Shown here in pieces: positions 38,590 through 51,149 of a stretch of DNA of 64,000 bases; position 1 is the stretch's first letter, and every line of letters begins with the position of its first letter. Below the pieces are notes generated by a model. That model saw nothing but the letters and a program-made list of their open reading frames with translations. It did no database searches and was not told the origin of the DNA. Source of the stretch: Adineta vaga (Eukaryota > Animalia > Rotifera); NCBI GenBank assembly GCA_021613535.1, contig CP075496.1, forward strand, positions 372,001 to 436,000, given 5' to 3'. A program made the translations under genes and the position numbers.

Positions 38590-39336
38590 TTATTAATTTA
38601 TGACTATATGTACTTCAATTCAGTTACAAAAATAATGTATAAGATAAGAATTTAGCTAATTTGAAAACCTTTGTTTGCATTTGTTTCTAATTCCTACAAA
38701 GAAAAAGATTCATATCCAGAGAAAGAGAAAGTTTAGATCTTCGAAATGATAGAAGGGAAAATGTTTCATTATAATTAACTTCGATAGAACTTGAATTTGT
38801 CCATCACAATATAGTGACCTATAATCATTCTCGATTCAAATGTTATCTGAATTCTAGAGAAGTATCATTAAAGTTGAGCTTCGAAAATGTCTTAGTAATC
38901 AATCTGTCTTTGGATTTATTGACCTAGAGAGTTCGACATGTATTTACACTGAAAAAGAAAGGTTCTGTAGATTCCAATAAACTTTCAAAACCAATTTTAT
39001 GTATAATGTTATGACTTCGTTCATCATTTTTATAGTTTCTAAAGTCAATTTTACGAGTAAAACATTGGTTCATGGCGAACTGAAAGTTTTAAAATTATTT
39101 AAATTGTTTCTCATTTATATTATTTCTGTAATGAATTGTATATTTTCAAAATATGTGTCATTATATTCGAAGAATTATTTGTTGTTTCGTTTCGTTAAGT
39201 GTTGTGTTAAGTAATATTTATCAAATAAATGTCCGTCATTTTGTTGTGGTTTAGTAAAACGTTTTACAAAAATATCATTTATACAAAGAAAAAGAAACTA
39301 TAATAATGAAGTTCAATGAATGATTCATGACATCGC

Positions 39337-39551
39337 CTATTTTGAGAGGATGGATAGGTGTGGATTACAGTGCTCTTTTTATTTACGAATTCTTCGATTG
39401 TGAATGCGCAACAAACGTATTTCTCAACTAGTTCACAATAGTTTCGTATTTAAACTGAATAAAAAGACGTCAACAAAAGTTCATCGGGTGGGTGAGGGTA
39501 AATGCTGTATTTGTGAGTATGCTCGTTTAACTCACCCACATCCTCAAGATG
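39337..39551. repeat. Boundary element site I (39486-39551) plus upstream half-site (39337-39364)
   Basis: gggtgggtgagggtaaa...tttaactcacccacatcctcaagatg; half-site ctattttgagaggatggataggtgtgg. Confidence 0.8.
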
Positions 39552-39787
39552 AGAACAGCCATGTCCATATTTTTGTACTCTTCAATGACGTTTTCCGTCC
39601 TTCTGACTTTATGGTTGATTACATTTTGTCCAATGAAATGTTTTTTTTCGTGGTAACTCTACATCAATAAAGGTTTGACGGTGTGTTATTTGAAGAAAAG
39701 AAAAAAAACCCGACGAAGTACATAAAACATATTCATTCTTGTTAGCATTGAGTGAAATATCAAAAGTGTGAAAGAAAGAACAAAGAT

Positions 39788-40828
39788 ATGGCTTCTTCAA
39801 CAGAAAAAATTGGTACTTTAAAAGCACAATGTGATGAATTAACAGAAATAGCTACAAAATTAAACACAACTATTAATGATGCAATAACAACAGCGTCGAA
39901 TGAATTGAAAGTAATTCTTAATAAAGTAAACGAAACAATTGACGATATAATGTCAACAGTTACAAATGATACAAATGAATGGAAACAATTGAAAATTAAT
40001 CTTGAAACAACAAAAGTTCAAGGTAAAATTATACTTGATGTTGGTGGAAAAGAATTTCCAGTAAGTACGACAACATTAAGAACGGAAGAAAATACATTTT
40101 TTACAACACTTCTTTCCGAACAATGGGAAATTGAAAAAGATAAAGACGGAAGAATTTTTATTGATCGTGATGGAAAACTTTTTGAAGAAATTTTAAAATA
40201 TATGAGAAATCCTACAAGATATGTGTTAGTGGATGAGAAAATTAGATACGATTTAATGGTCGAAGCAGAATTCTATCGATTAGATCAATTATTTTCATTA
40301 ATAAGTTATTTTTCAAAATCTTCTCTTTTAAATTTTGAACAACAAATAAAATTAAATGAATTTTATGGAAAAAGAGATCAAATTTGGAATTTAATTTATA
40401 AAGCAACCAATGATGGATTTGAAGCAACAACATTTCATAATCTTTGCAATAATCAAGGACCAACAATGACAATTATTAAATCTACAGATGGATTTTTATT
40501 TGGTGGATATATTTCACAACATTGGACTTCTGCTGGAACTTATACAAATGCACCAAATTCATTTTTATTTTTTCTTAAAAATGCAAATGGAAATTCACCA
40601 ACAAAATTTATTTATAATAACAATGGAAATGCTTTTTACAATAATGCAAGTTATGGTCCAACTTTTGGTAGTGGTCATGATTTATATATTGTCAATTTAA
40701 GTAATACAAATAAAAGTACATGTAGTTTAGGTGCAAGTTATCCGAATTCATTAAATCTCGGTGCTAATACATTTACTGGTTCAAATCAATTTCTTGTTGC
40801 TGAAATTGAAGTTTTTAAATTATCTTAA
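39788..40828 (+). CDS. Coiled-coil + BTB/POZ (KCTD type) + TLDc protein, intronless
   Basis: IILDVGGKEF...IFIDRDGKLFEEILKYMR (BTB); LIYKATNDGFEATTFHNLCNNQGPT...FGGY...GPTFGSGHDL...EIEVF (TLDc). Confidence 0.92.
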   Translation: MASSTEKIGTLKAQCDELTEIATKLNTTINDAITTASNELKVILNKVNETIDDIMSTVTNDTNEWKQLKINLETTKVQGKIILDVGGKEFPVSTTTLRTEENTFFTTLLSEQWEIEKDKDGRIFIDRDGKLFEEILKYMRNPTRYVLVDEKIRYDLMVEAEFYRLDQLFSLISYFSKSSLLNFEQQIKLNEFYGKRDQIWNLIYKATNDGFEATTFHNLCNNQGPTMTIIKSTDGFLFGGYISQHWTSAGTYTNAPNSFLFFLKNANGNSPTKFIYNNNGNAFYNNASYGPTFGSGHDLYIVNLSNTNKSTCSLGASYPNSLNLGANTFTGSNQFLVAEIEVFKLS

Positions 40829-41665
40829 ATAAAAATCTTTTTCTATAAAATCAATAAAACATCAGATTGAAATCCGAATGTTTTGTATACTTCAAAAAGT
40901 CAAACTGACAACAGATTGATTTTCATCAATGTATTTAAAACATTTCATCTTAGCGCACTCTAAGGAATCATCGCTAAAGTCCTGCAGATACCCTCGTTTT
41001 GTCATATAAGTGTTTTTATGGCTTATAAGTTGTACAAATCAACAAACATTTGTAATTCACACATAAATAAGTGTGTTTCAAAAATTTTATTGATAATGAC
41101 CAGTTATGTATTCAATCATCAATATTTATTTGAATTGATACTATATATATGATTGATTGTATATTAGACAAATAGGAATAATGAGGATTAAGAATTCTTT
41201 TTATTAAGACACAAAAACGAAAAAAAAACTATCGAAAGCGAAAAAGTTCGATCTCTGTTTTTGAATCAATTGATGAAGTTAAAATGATTGAAAAGAGCAA
41301 AATCACGTGTTATTAAGAATGCATTAATTTCTTTTTATAATATAAGATACTATCTAAGGTGAAAAATATTGTTTCGTTCTCGTTTATTTTTCTTGATCGA
41401 AATTGACTAAATTAGTCACCTTTGATTTTATATTCTTCTGCATTAACACAATCATGCTTACATACTTTTTTATTTAACGAAGAAAATTTTACATGTTTTT
41501 TCCGTTTTGAAGCATAAAAATGATCGAAAAATATCATTTAATTTTAGATTGTAATTCAATTTTTATTATAAAATAATACATGGATGAACAGCATAATTTA
41601 CAAGGCATACAAAGATTTACCACTTTCCGATTAGTAATCTGTTCTTTTCTTTCTTTCTAATATAG

Positions 41666-43497
41666 ATCCTTCTATTAATGCAACTTCTCCTGTTAACCTC
41701 ATCAATTATCGAGATAAGATTGATCAAACTTTTTCTTTCTTGATTACTGGAAAAATTCAAGGATCTGTTTTTGGTACCAATATTTATACAGATGATTCGA
41801 GTATTGCTACTGCAGCTGTACATGCTGGTGTACTTTCAGTTGACGAAACCAAGACACTTTTTGTTAAAATTTTACCTGGACAACTTAACTATCAAGGTTC
41901 TACACAAAATGAAGTGACATCATCTTCATACGGAGTATGGATGGGAAGTTATATGTTTACGAATGCTTCTTTGACAACTATAACAAACCTTGTGAACTAT
42001 CGACATAAACTAAATGAAATAATTTCCATTTCTGTAACAGGATTAATAGGAGGTTCCGTGTATGGCACTAATATTTATACAGATGATTCAAATGTTGGCA
42101 CTGCAGCTGTACATGCAGGTGTTCTTTCAATTGGAGAAACAAAAACAGTTGAAGTGAGAATTTTACCTGGACAATCAAGTTATAAAGGTTCAACACAGAA
42201 TGGAGTAATATCGTCTTCGTATGGTCTGTGGTTAGGGAGTTATGTCTTCATTCAAAATATTATCAGTTCTATAACAGATTCGATGAATCTCACTCGTTTT
42301 CGAGATAAAGTTGGACAATCTTTGTATTTCTTAGTCACTGGAAATACTGGAGGGCCTGTTTACGGTACTGATATTTATACAGATGATTCAAATATCAATG
42401 CTGCTGCAGTACATGCTGGTGTCGTCAAACATGGAGAAACCAAATCAGTTATTGTGAATATTTTACCTGGCCAATCGAATTATCAAGGTTCAACAAAAAA
42501 TGGACTCACTTCTTCTTCATATGGTCAATGGCCAGTAAGCTTTAGATTTGTTAATAATATTACTACGTCTATATCAACTATTGCAAATCTTACAGATTAC
42601 CGTAATAAAGTAAATCAAACATTATCTGTATCAGTGACCGGATCGCTAGGAGGTATTATTTACGGTACAAAGATTTATACTGATGATTCCATTGTTAATA
42701 CTGCTGCTATTCATGCTGGTATTGTCAATGTTGGTGAAACAAAAACGGTTGATATAAAGATTTTATCAGGTCAAACCAGTTATCTAGGTTCAACACAGAA
42801 CGGAGTGACATCATCTTCATATGGAGCATGGGGCGGAAGTTATATGTTTACGACCAATACTATCAATTGTATTATGGCTCCAATCGATCTTATCCATTTT
42901 CGAGAGAAAACAAATCAATTGCTTTCTTTCGTAGTCACCGGAAAGAATGAAGGTTCAATTTTTGGAACAAATATTTATACAGATGATTCAAATTTAGCTG
43001 TTGCTGCAGTGCATAGTGGTATGGTAACATTTAATGAAACTAAAGTTATTATCGTACAAATTTTACCTGGACAATCATCTTATCATGGTACCGTACAAAA
43101 TAGTATAAGTTCAACATCGCATGGTCATTGGATGGGAAGTTATTCAATTGTTAGTAGTATTCCTACGTTTAAAATGGCTTTATCCAATCTTGCTAATTAT
43201 CGAGATAAAATTAATCAAATTTTATCTTTTACAGTTATCGGTGTAATAGGAGGATTAGTATGGGGTACTGACATTTATTCAGATGATTCAAATATTGCTG
43301 CTGCAGCTGTACATGCAGGTGTTGTTAAGAACAATGAAATGAAGACAATCAATGTGAAAATTCTGTCGGGACAAATGAGCTATGAGGGTAGTATTCGAAA
43401 TGGTATAACTTCTCTTTCATATGGTTCATGGTCAGGAAGTTTTGTGTTTATTGACAATACGATTGCTGATCAGATGACTTCAATCAAATCGAATTGA
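41666..43497 (+). CDS. Protein with six tandem LCCL domains; 5' exon unresolved
   Basis: Six copies of G.(V/I)(F/Y/W)GT.IY(T/S)DDS...AA(V/I)H(A/S)G...V.ILPGQ..Y.GS.QNG..S.SYG.W; splice acceptor at 41665. Confidence 0.88.
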
Positions 43498-43553
43498 TTC
43501 TGAAAATAAGATGAAAGAAAAATCTTTTTAATAAAAGATCTTCCTGATCAAAA

Positions 43554-43599
43554 CTATCTTCAGGGTGTGAGTATATTTCCTTCACTCACCATCAAGATA
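43554..43599. repeat. Telomere-like palindromic boundary element, site J
   Basis: cTATCTTcAgggtGTGAGT-atatttccttc-ACTCACcaTcAAGATA. Confidence 0.8.
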
Positions 43600-44077
43600 A
43601 TAGAGGAATTTCTCTCTATCTCTCTCTCTCTCTTTGGAAATAAAGTTAAGTTCATCTTATAAAAAGAGCTGACAATCTAAAATTAAAAAACTAATTGAAT
43701 GAATATCATCAATGGGTACTATCATCTGTTTACATGTAAAAAATTGATATGGTCTCCAATTTCCATTGTATTTTGTTTCGTCTCTTATTTCACGATCTGA
43801 AATCTATAAATATGCTGTCTGTCGTCCTATGTAGAAATCGATTACTGATTCAATACAGAAGATAAATCATCATCAATCTTCTGTTCCAATTAAAGAGATG
43901 TGCGGCGCGTTTGGTACGATGTCAATCGTATTGTTACTTATCTTCTTAATTGTAGCATTGTTATTTGAGTCTTTGTTGTCTATTTTGTATTTCGCATTCA
44001 TTTGAATATACTCTTTTGTTCGATAATTTGTAGGTACAAAAAAAAAATAAGAAGAAGAGTGAACAAAATCAAATTGT

Positions 44078-45829
44078 ATGACGATGTCTGAAGAATTGGA
44101 AGAGTATCAAATGAAAGCATCGTTTGAGCCAACAACGGATGATACTGCCAATCATTTTCCATTATTACTTGATTCAATAATGGAAAATACAAAATCATTT
44201 CGTATTGGTGGATATGTTGTGTTCAAAAAATTGGCTGCTTACTCACTAGGTCTAGGCATTCTAGTTGCTGTTAGTGTCCTAGTCGTTGTTCAACGCTTAC
44301 CTACTCAAAGTTCAAAGCCGATTGTTGACACATATACAGGTAGAGTATAATCACAAGCGGAGATATATAAATATCAGTGAACACGTACAGAGAACAACTG
44401 TGGTCATGAATTCGAATAGAAAAAGATGCAGACAAAGTTAACAATCAATCAGTTCACTATAAGTCTTCTATCTTATGAACAAAAAACGAAAAGAGGTTAT
44501 TCTTTTAGTAAATATGTTCTATTACCACTAGGAAGTAAAACAATATGTTTCATAGATTTTTTCAAGCTACACTCGATGAAGTCCTTCTCTCACGAAACAG
44601 AATGAAGAAATGGCTATTTTATTGTTCTTTTAGAACGGAATGAAGTTTCTACAAGTTCTATTCCTCAAAATTTGTTCGCTAAACAATCATTGACTGTTCA
44701 AGATCAATTAATGAATATACCAGCTAATATTCAGAAAAATGCCATTATACCAGTTGATTCACAAGTTGAAAACGTTCCGATAATCGAACCGGATGTTCCA
44801 ACATTCATTCAGCTAAACAAAACTAAACCATATGTTCCAGACCATACGACATCTCTTCCGACTATAGCAGAAGGTCCTAGTTTGTCTACTGTTGAATTTC
44901 CAACTGTTTATCATCCACAACAAGAAGCTTTTGTTACAATACCAATTATCGAAGATCCATACAATATAAGCAATTACGGTACATATAGAGTAACAATATA
45001 TTCTGAAGATTCGCAACATGTTATTGCTGAGACATTATTAAATGTTGTTCCACGAATAGAACTATGTCTTCCAAAGCAATTTATTATCCGTGATTCCGTT
45101 AATAATTTCATAAAGGATGGAATTGTTACATTAAAGTCTGCGGATGAACATGAAGTCGTTTTTACAGGTAGAACAGATCAAAATGGTTCGGTTGATTTAC
45201 CAGACATTCTTACCGATGGTGTTTATGAAGTTGAAATTTATTCTCCAAATAATTCTAAATTACAACGTCTCGAATTTATCATGGTCGCTTTTCAGAATCG
45301 TCGACAGGCAAAAGCTAATTCATTTATTGGACGAATTGATCTCAAACCGAATGAAATCGAAATTATACTCAAATGGGATGCAGAACCTAGAGATTTAGAT
45401 TCACATCTATATGCATCTGATGGAAAACATATCTATTTCTCTAATAAAAACGAGAATAATATGTCATTAGATTATGACATAACAAGTGGTTATGGGCCTG
45501 AAACCGTTCGATTTACTGTTAAATCGAATTTAAAATATATTTATGCAGTACATCTGTATGCAGGAACATCGACACTATCGAAGTCAAAAGCTGAACTTAT
45601 GTTCTGTTTCAATACAAACCATACACATTTATATCGAGCAGGAAAACAAGATAAATTACTCAATGGTGAAAAACACAGAATTCCACAGATTGTACGTCCT
45701 CAAGCTAAATTTTGGATTGTATTTCTGCTCGATGGTTCGATCAATGAGATCAAATTTTTTGAAAATGCCTTCGAAGATCATAATGATTATGGATCAAATA
45801 CAGTTCGCACGCAATATTTCCCAGAATAA
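44078..45829 (+). CDS. Membrane-anchored protein with C-terminal YfaP/DUF2135-like domain; exons 44078-44339, 44634-45829
   Basis: A phase-1 intron joins the ORFs. TM YSLGLGILVAVSVLVVV; IILKWDAEPRDLDSHL...SLDYDITSGYGPETV. Confidence 0.72.
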
Positions 45830-46250
45830 TGTATTATGCATGAAACACTAATTCATCGCACCTATTTTCTTTAATGAATGTTTTTCACATGTATTATTTG
45901 TAATTTTCTTCTTTAAATTTGATTCTGCAATATAATATTCGTTCAAGTACTCTTTTCAAAAGTGTACGACAGGACCGGTCGGATTCCATAACTGTTTTCT
46001 ATCCCATTGTTCGGTCTAATTTTCAAACATTACTCAATACGTATTCGAAACATTGAATTTCGATGATATTTCCGTGTTTTAATTACGAGCCCTTGAATAC
46101 AAATAATATCCTATTGTTATTCCGTCAAAAACAACTTCAAATACCATAGCTGCTGAAACGTCAGTAGCATTGGCATCGAGAGTAAATAGAGTAGTGTCAT
46201 ATATTGAAGGTTTTTTTTATTACCTTAGCATATATAAAATAAAATCCAGT

Positions 46251-46303
46251 CATCTTGAGGGTGTGAGTAGAGAATTAATATTTACACCCACACCCTCAAA
46301 AAT
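46251..46303. repeat. Telomere-like palindromic boundary element, site K
   Basis: CATCTTGAGGGTGTGAGTA-gagaattaatattt-ACACCCACACCCTCAAAAAT. Confidence 0.9.
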
Positions 46304-46900
46304 ATTTTATTTATATAAATGATCCATTAGGAAATAATTTCTTATCAAATGAATTATTTTCAAATTGTACAAAATCATGGTTTGGTTCTCAATGTCAATA
46401 TTCATTTAATGATGAATATGAACAATCATTCTCTAATATTATTGAATATCATGGACTCCAATTTATGGATTTAACTCGTTATAATCATTTAAAATGTGAT
46501 CGTAATGGAAAAGATTTTTCTTGTGGTGATGGACAATGTGTAAAACAATTTGATCAATGTAAAAATGGTCGAAATTATGTATTAAAAGAATCACTTTCAA
46601 CAAATGATACTCTTTCATATGATTGTTGTTTATATCTCGTTTGTTTTAGTTTAGTCATAGAATATTATAATAAAACGTTATGTACTTATCTATTTTATTA
46701 AAACTTGATTCACGTAATTCTCAACTTTCAATGTGCGAATCATTAGTTGAATTTCTCGTCAAATATACTTTACTTGGTCATATACGATTTTTATATCAAC
46801 ATGATCAATCACTTTGTCATTTTTTATCATCAAGTTTTCAACACAAGAATTTCAGTCCAAAAATGTATCGTTTGTGGGAACCACGTCAGAGACTACATAC
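46304..46900 (+). pseudogene. Internal fragment of an LDLa/EGF-GPCR paralogue
   Basis: SNELFSNCTKSWFGSQCQYSF resembles GKEIFYNCTLPWFGPLCQYQF of the 52404-57146 gene; also FSCGDGQCVKQFDQCKNGR. Has stops and no 5' end. Confidence 0.65.
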
Positions 46901-47178
46901 GAGATACTAGCAATGCTACTTTCGTGTAGTGGTGAATCTTTTTTAGTTCATGTATTAAGATATTTCATTAAAAACTCTCATAAATCAATTATTTTCGTTT
47001 AATATTATCTTAAGGCATGGCTCATCTATTGAGTAAACATATGTGTTCACATAGATATTTACACAAACTCGAATACATGAAATAAAATACTTCGTATGCA
47101 AAAAAAGCTTTGATGAATGAGAATTTGAAACTGTTTATAATAAGACTTATTCGACTTGATGAAATTCGATTAGTAGAG

Positions 47179-47237
47179 AGAGTGGGTGTGGGTTTGGTAT
47201 CTTTATTGATAAATCCCACCTCCGTCCCACACCCTCA
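47179..47237. repeat. Telomere-like palindromic boundary element, site L
   Basis: agagtgggtgtgggtttggtatctttattgataaatcccacctccgtcccacaccctca. Confidence 0.8.
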
Positions 47238-47365
47238 TTTTTATATCGAATGAAAAGAAATAAACAATTTGAAATTAACTCTGCGAATAAAAGAATTGAA
47301 TATTTAATATTTTTAAAAACTAACAAAATCTGATAATAAATTGTATTTACAATAAAAAAGTTGAA

Positions 47366-48681
47366 TTAACAAATTAAATTTGTTCGATTAACATAATCTT
47401 CAATTCGATAATTAAATAATTGAAAATCTTCTTTATAAAGACGTTTAAGTTGACAAATAAGTTGATCAGGTAATGATGAATATAATTGTTGATAATCTCG
47501 TGTCTTATGACCTGATGCTCCACGTCTTTTTTGAATATTCCAATCAGAAACATTAAGACGTTTAAGTAAAACATTAAAATCTTCATCGAATGTTTCATAT
47601 TTTCCAATAAAATTATATTGAAATTTACAAACTTGACAAACAGTTGAATAAGGTTGCCAATGTGTATCCATATTAAATATTCCAAACGCTGTTTCAGTTC
47701 CTGTAAGAATATATTGAACAAAATGTTCAAATGAAGGAATTATATCTAAACATGGATCAAGATTTCGTTGTGAATATTGAATTAAATTATATTTTGAATA
47801 TCGACGACAAATTGTTTTTCTTATATTATCATAATGAGGTTCAGATTGAATTCGATCTTTTTCCAATGTACCAATTCTTTCTTTATATGCTGATGCTAAA
47901 CGTTCAAATGGATGACGAACAAATACAACACGAGTAAATGGTGGAGAAGAAATTTCAGATAAATTTGTTAAACTTGTAAAATGAACTTTGGGAAAAATAT
48001 TTTTTATATTAAATCTCCATGGATTTAAAAATATTGATGGAGAATTTTCATTTAAACTTTCAAAACGAAGAATATGAAGATATTTTTCAATTAACGATAA
48101 TAATGAATTTGATGATTCTTGACTTTTATCATCAAAAGATATTCCATTCTAAAAAAGAAAAAAAAAGAAAAAGTTTTTCGAAATTTAGTTTTTTTTACTT
48201 TTTTCAATTCTTCGAGTAATATTGGAATATTAATATATTTTTGAGTTTCTATTTGATCAATAGAAAGATTTCGAATTGTATCACGTACATAAACATAAAT
48301 CATTAATGAAACAAGAGTTTTTGATGCAATTTTTGGAATTGCACAATACATTAATGATTGAGATTGAATTGGAAAAAGTGCAGAATGAAGCCAAGGATAA
48401 GAACGAATTAAATGATTTGGTGAACATTTTGTTAAATCATATTTCATTGGATTTGTTTGATTACATTGATTATCAAGAATTTTTGAACGAATTTCTTTTG
48501 GATTTTCAGGTAAATTGATTTCAATTTGAATAATTGGAATTGATTCTGAATGAAATGTTCTTATTGAACATGTTTGATGAAATTCAATTATAATTAAAGA
48601 ACTTAAAAAGATTATTCCAAATAAATAATATTGTTTATATTTTTGAATATTTCTATGAGAATTTACGAATTGAACAAACAT
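47366..48681 (-). CDS. Carbohydrate sulfotransferase (Sulfotransfer_2, CHST11-like); exons 48681-48199, 48148-47366
   Basis: N-terminal TM, PAPS motifs YCAIPKIASKT and VFVRHPFERLASAY, HWQPYSTVCQVC, LYKEDFQLFNY; phase-0 intron. Confidence 0.9.
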
Positions 48682-49183
48682 TTTCTAAAACTAAACAAAA
48701 ATATAATCGGTTGAAAAGAACGTTTTTACGTTTTCTTACTGTAATTTAATGTAAAACAGGGTTGTCTTTCTCGTTCTGTTCGCTATTTCTGTATGCACTG
48801 CGACATATTTATAGTGATTCATCAAGAGGTTTGTCACGGAAAAAGTACATTGAGAAAAAGGTTGAACGAGAAAAGGACATTCAAAAATAGAGTTAAATAA
48901 ATAAGGAAACTTCGGATTTTATACGTGAGTTATGTGTACTGCAAAAAGTGTATAAGGTAGAAGATATAGGAAAATATCAGTATTTTTCTAATAACTCAAC
49001 AATGGCTCGTCCAACCAGGCTCATCTTCGAATTCGATTGAGATATTGAATAAACGGCCAGACATACTGGCCGATTTTAATAGTGTATTCACTTTTTGAGT
49101 ACACTATAAATATATCCAATTGTACAAGATTTAGAATTCAGCAATAATATAATCTGTACATTTGTTTTTTCAAACTTATTTGT

Positions 49184-50226
49184 TCAATGACACATTTCAT
49201 CTTTACAATATATCCATTTGCATTTTTGACATTCCAGTAGAGTGACATGTTCTTCTAAACAAATTCTACAGCATTTCTTTTCTCCACAATGATGTTCACA
49301 TGTATGAATATGCGAAATAAGACCATTGCAACGATTTTTACATGCCCTATTTCGATAAATCCAGTGTGTAACAGGTAATATAGGCTCTGGCAAAATTGGC
49401 GATGGCAAACAACTCTTACTGTTTGATTCATCTAGAATTTTAAAAAATAAGAATTGCTAATATATAAAGTATGACAACTGTATTCATACTGACTGTGTAC
49501 ATTACTAAAATGAAACTTAGTTGTTCCTTGAAGAGTTGTATTCAGTTTTCTAGGTGTACCATCTGGAAAAATCATATATGAAAATTTCGGATCTGCTGTT
49601 TAATTAGTAAGATCATTATGCATTCGGTATATTATAATGAGCATTTGTCAAACATTTTGCATATGGTTCATTTGCTGTTTCTTTTGACAAAAAGCAGAAT
49701 GCGAGCGTAGTAAAAAGATTTTGTTGATTATAGTTGAGAAAATTTTCTATATCTTCATTATAAAGAGTTGCTTTCCAAACTTCTCTATTAATCTTAGGTA
49801 ATTTATCTACAATCCACTTTCAAGTAATTTCTGATGGATTATTTGATTTCATTCGAGATTGTACATACTGATAAACATTATATACGTTTTTAACTTTTGT
49901 AAAAAGATAAACAGCATCTGATTCATCTTTAGTCAAATTATGTTCAGATGGATAATGACATCTAGTTTTATAGCTTCTTTTATTTGTTCGTATAAATGTG
50001 GAATAATTTCATCAAAACATTCAAGAGCTTCTTCTAAAAGTAATAGTTTCTCCTGTTGATAGCCTTCGATCAATTTCGTATCATCATTTGTACTGAGTCC
50101 CAATTCTTTTAATATTTGCTTGAAAGCCGTTTGTGAATGAGATGTATCTGTTTGTATCATAGTGTCGACTTGTGTTGGTTGACAACATGGACAGCATGAA
50201 CAAAATTTTTTACAACACGAACCCAT
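49184..50226 (-). pseudogene. Decayed ADP-ribosyltransferase-family gene with Cys-rich termini
   Basis: IEGYQQEKLLLLEEALE...IPHLYEQIKEA, frameshift, CHYPSEHNLTKDESDAVYLFT. Resembles the N-terminus of bdelloid NAD:arginine ARTs; downstream stops. Confidence 0.5.
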
Positions 50227-50693
50227 CTTATGAAAAAAGTCGAACTAATGCTTATTAATCAAATTCAATAATGTAAAATGTATGATGGTGGATTTCCTCA
50301 CGGAATAAAATGTATCCTCTTCTGTTGTTTATCGAACGTTTTAGAATCGAAGAAAAAAATGTCTAGCCAATGTTCTGCTGTCAAAATACAACACTTGTTG
50401 GCGAAACGATTTTATTTCGTAGAATAATCTTTCATTCGTTTACATTTGTCTTCTATGAATCGAATTCTTTAAAAACAATTCTTAATTTACCGTCCTCTAT
50501 GTATTGATTTTCTCTCCAAAAATATTTTCAATCAGTTACTCTTATTATAACTACTGTTTTAAAATAAACAAAAATCCATTTTGATCGATTATTTTCTTTC
50601 GTAAAAAATGAATAAGAAGCCAACAAAAACGCATCCATCAGTTTCTAAACCGAAATCAAATCAACTTATTGTTTCAACAATAAAAAACCAAAT

Positions 50694-50980
50694 GTGCGTT
50701 CTAAGACCATTATTAATATTAAGACTCATTCTTATGAATATTCACATAACTCACAAGAATTTAGTCTCATTTGGTTAGATGACAAAATCACTCCTGACAA
50801 TGTTGATAACTATCGTCGGATTAAAAAATTTCAATCTATCACCCAGAAAATCGATATATTCAATAGTTTTAATGTGTGTATGAAATTTGTCAAAAATATC
50901 CAAAACGAAAATATTATCTTTATTGTTGCTGGTCATTTTGCTCAAAAAGCTTTGGATATAATTCACACATTCGAAACCAT
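50694..50980 (+). pseudogene. N-terminal fragment of a bdelloid ART/TPR-type protein, truncated at site M
   Basis: FSLIWLDDKI...IDIFNSFNVCMKFVKNIQNENIIFIVAGHFAQKALDIIH, then runs directly into element-derived TILRVWVWVR*. Confidence 0.6.
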
Positions 50981-51047
50981 CTTGAGGGTGTGGGTGTGGG
51001 TACGGTAGAACTCAATAAAGATATTTCACGCCCACCCTTCCTAGATA
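50977..51047. repeat. Telomere-like palindromic boundary element, site M
   Basis: CCATCTTGAGGGTGTGGGTGTGGG-tacggtagaactcaataaagatattt-cacgcccacccttcctagata. Confidence 0.9.
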
Positions 51048-51149
51048 CTAATATAATAACTAATGTAAGCATATGAGTAGAGTTTTATTGGATTGAGATA
51101 AGCAAAGAAAAGTATAATGCATGAAGAACTAGATTATTAATTGTTGGGT

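Noticed and set aside
40940-41000. Possible boundary site between BTB-TLDc and LCCL (catcttagcgcactctaagg)
   Set aside because: Only catctt matches and there are no GGGTGT arms; treated as an exception to the one-site-per-gene pattern.
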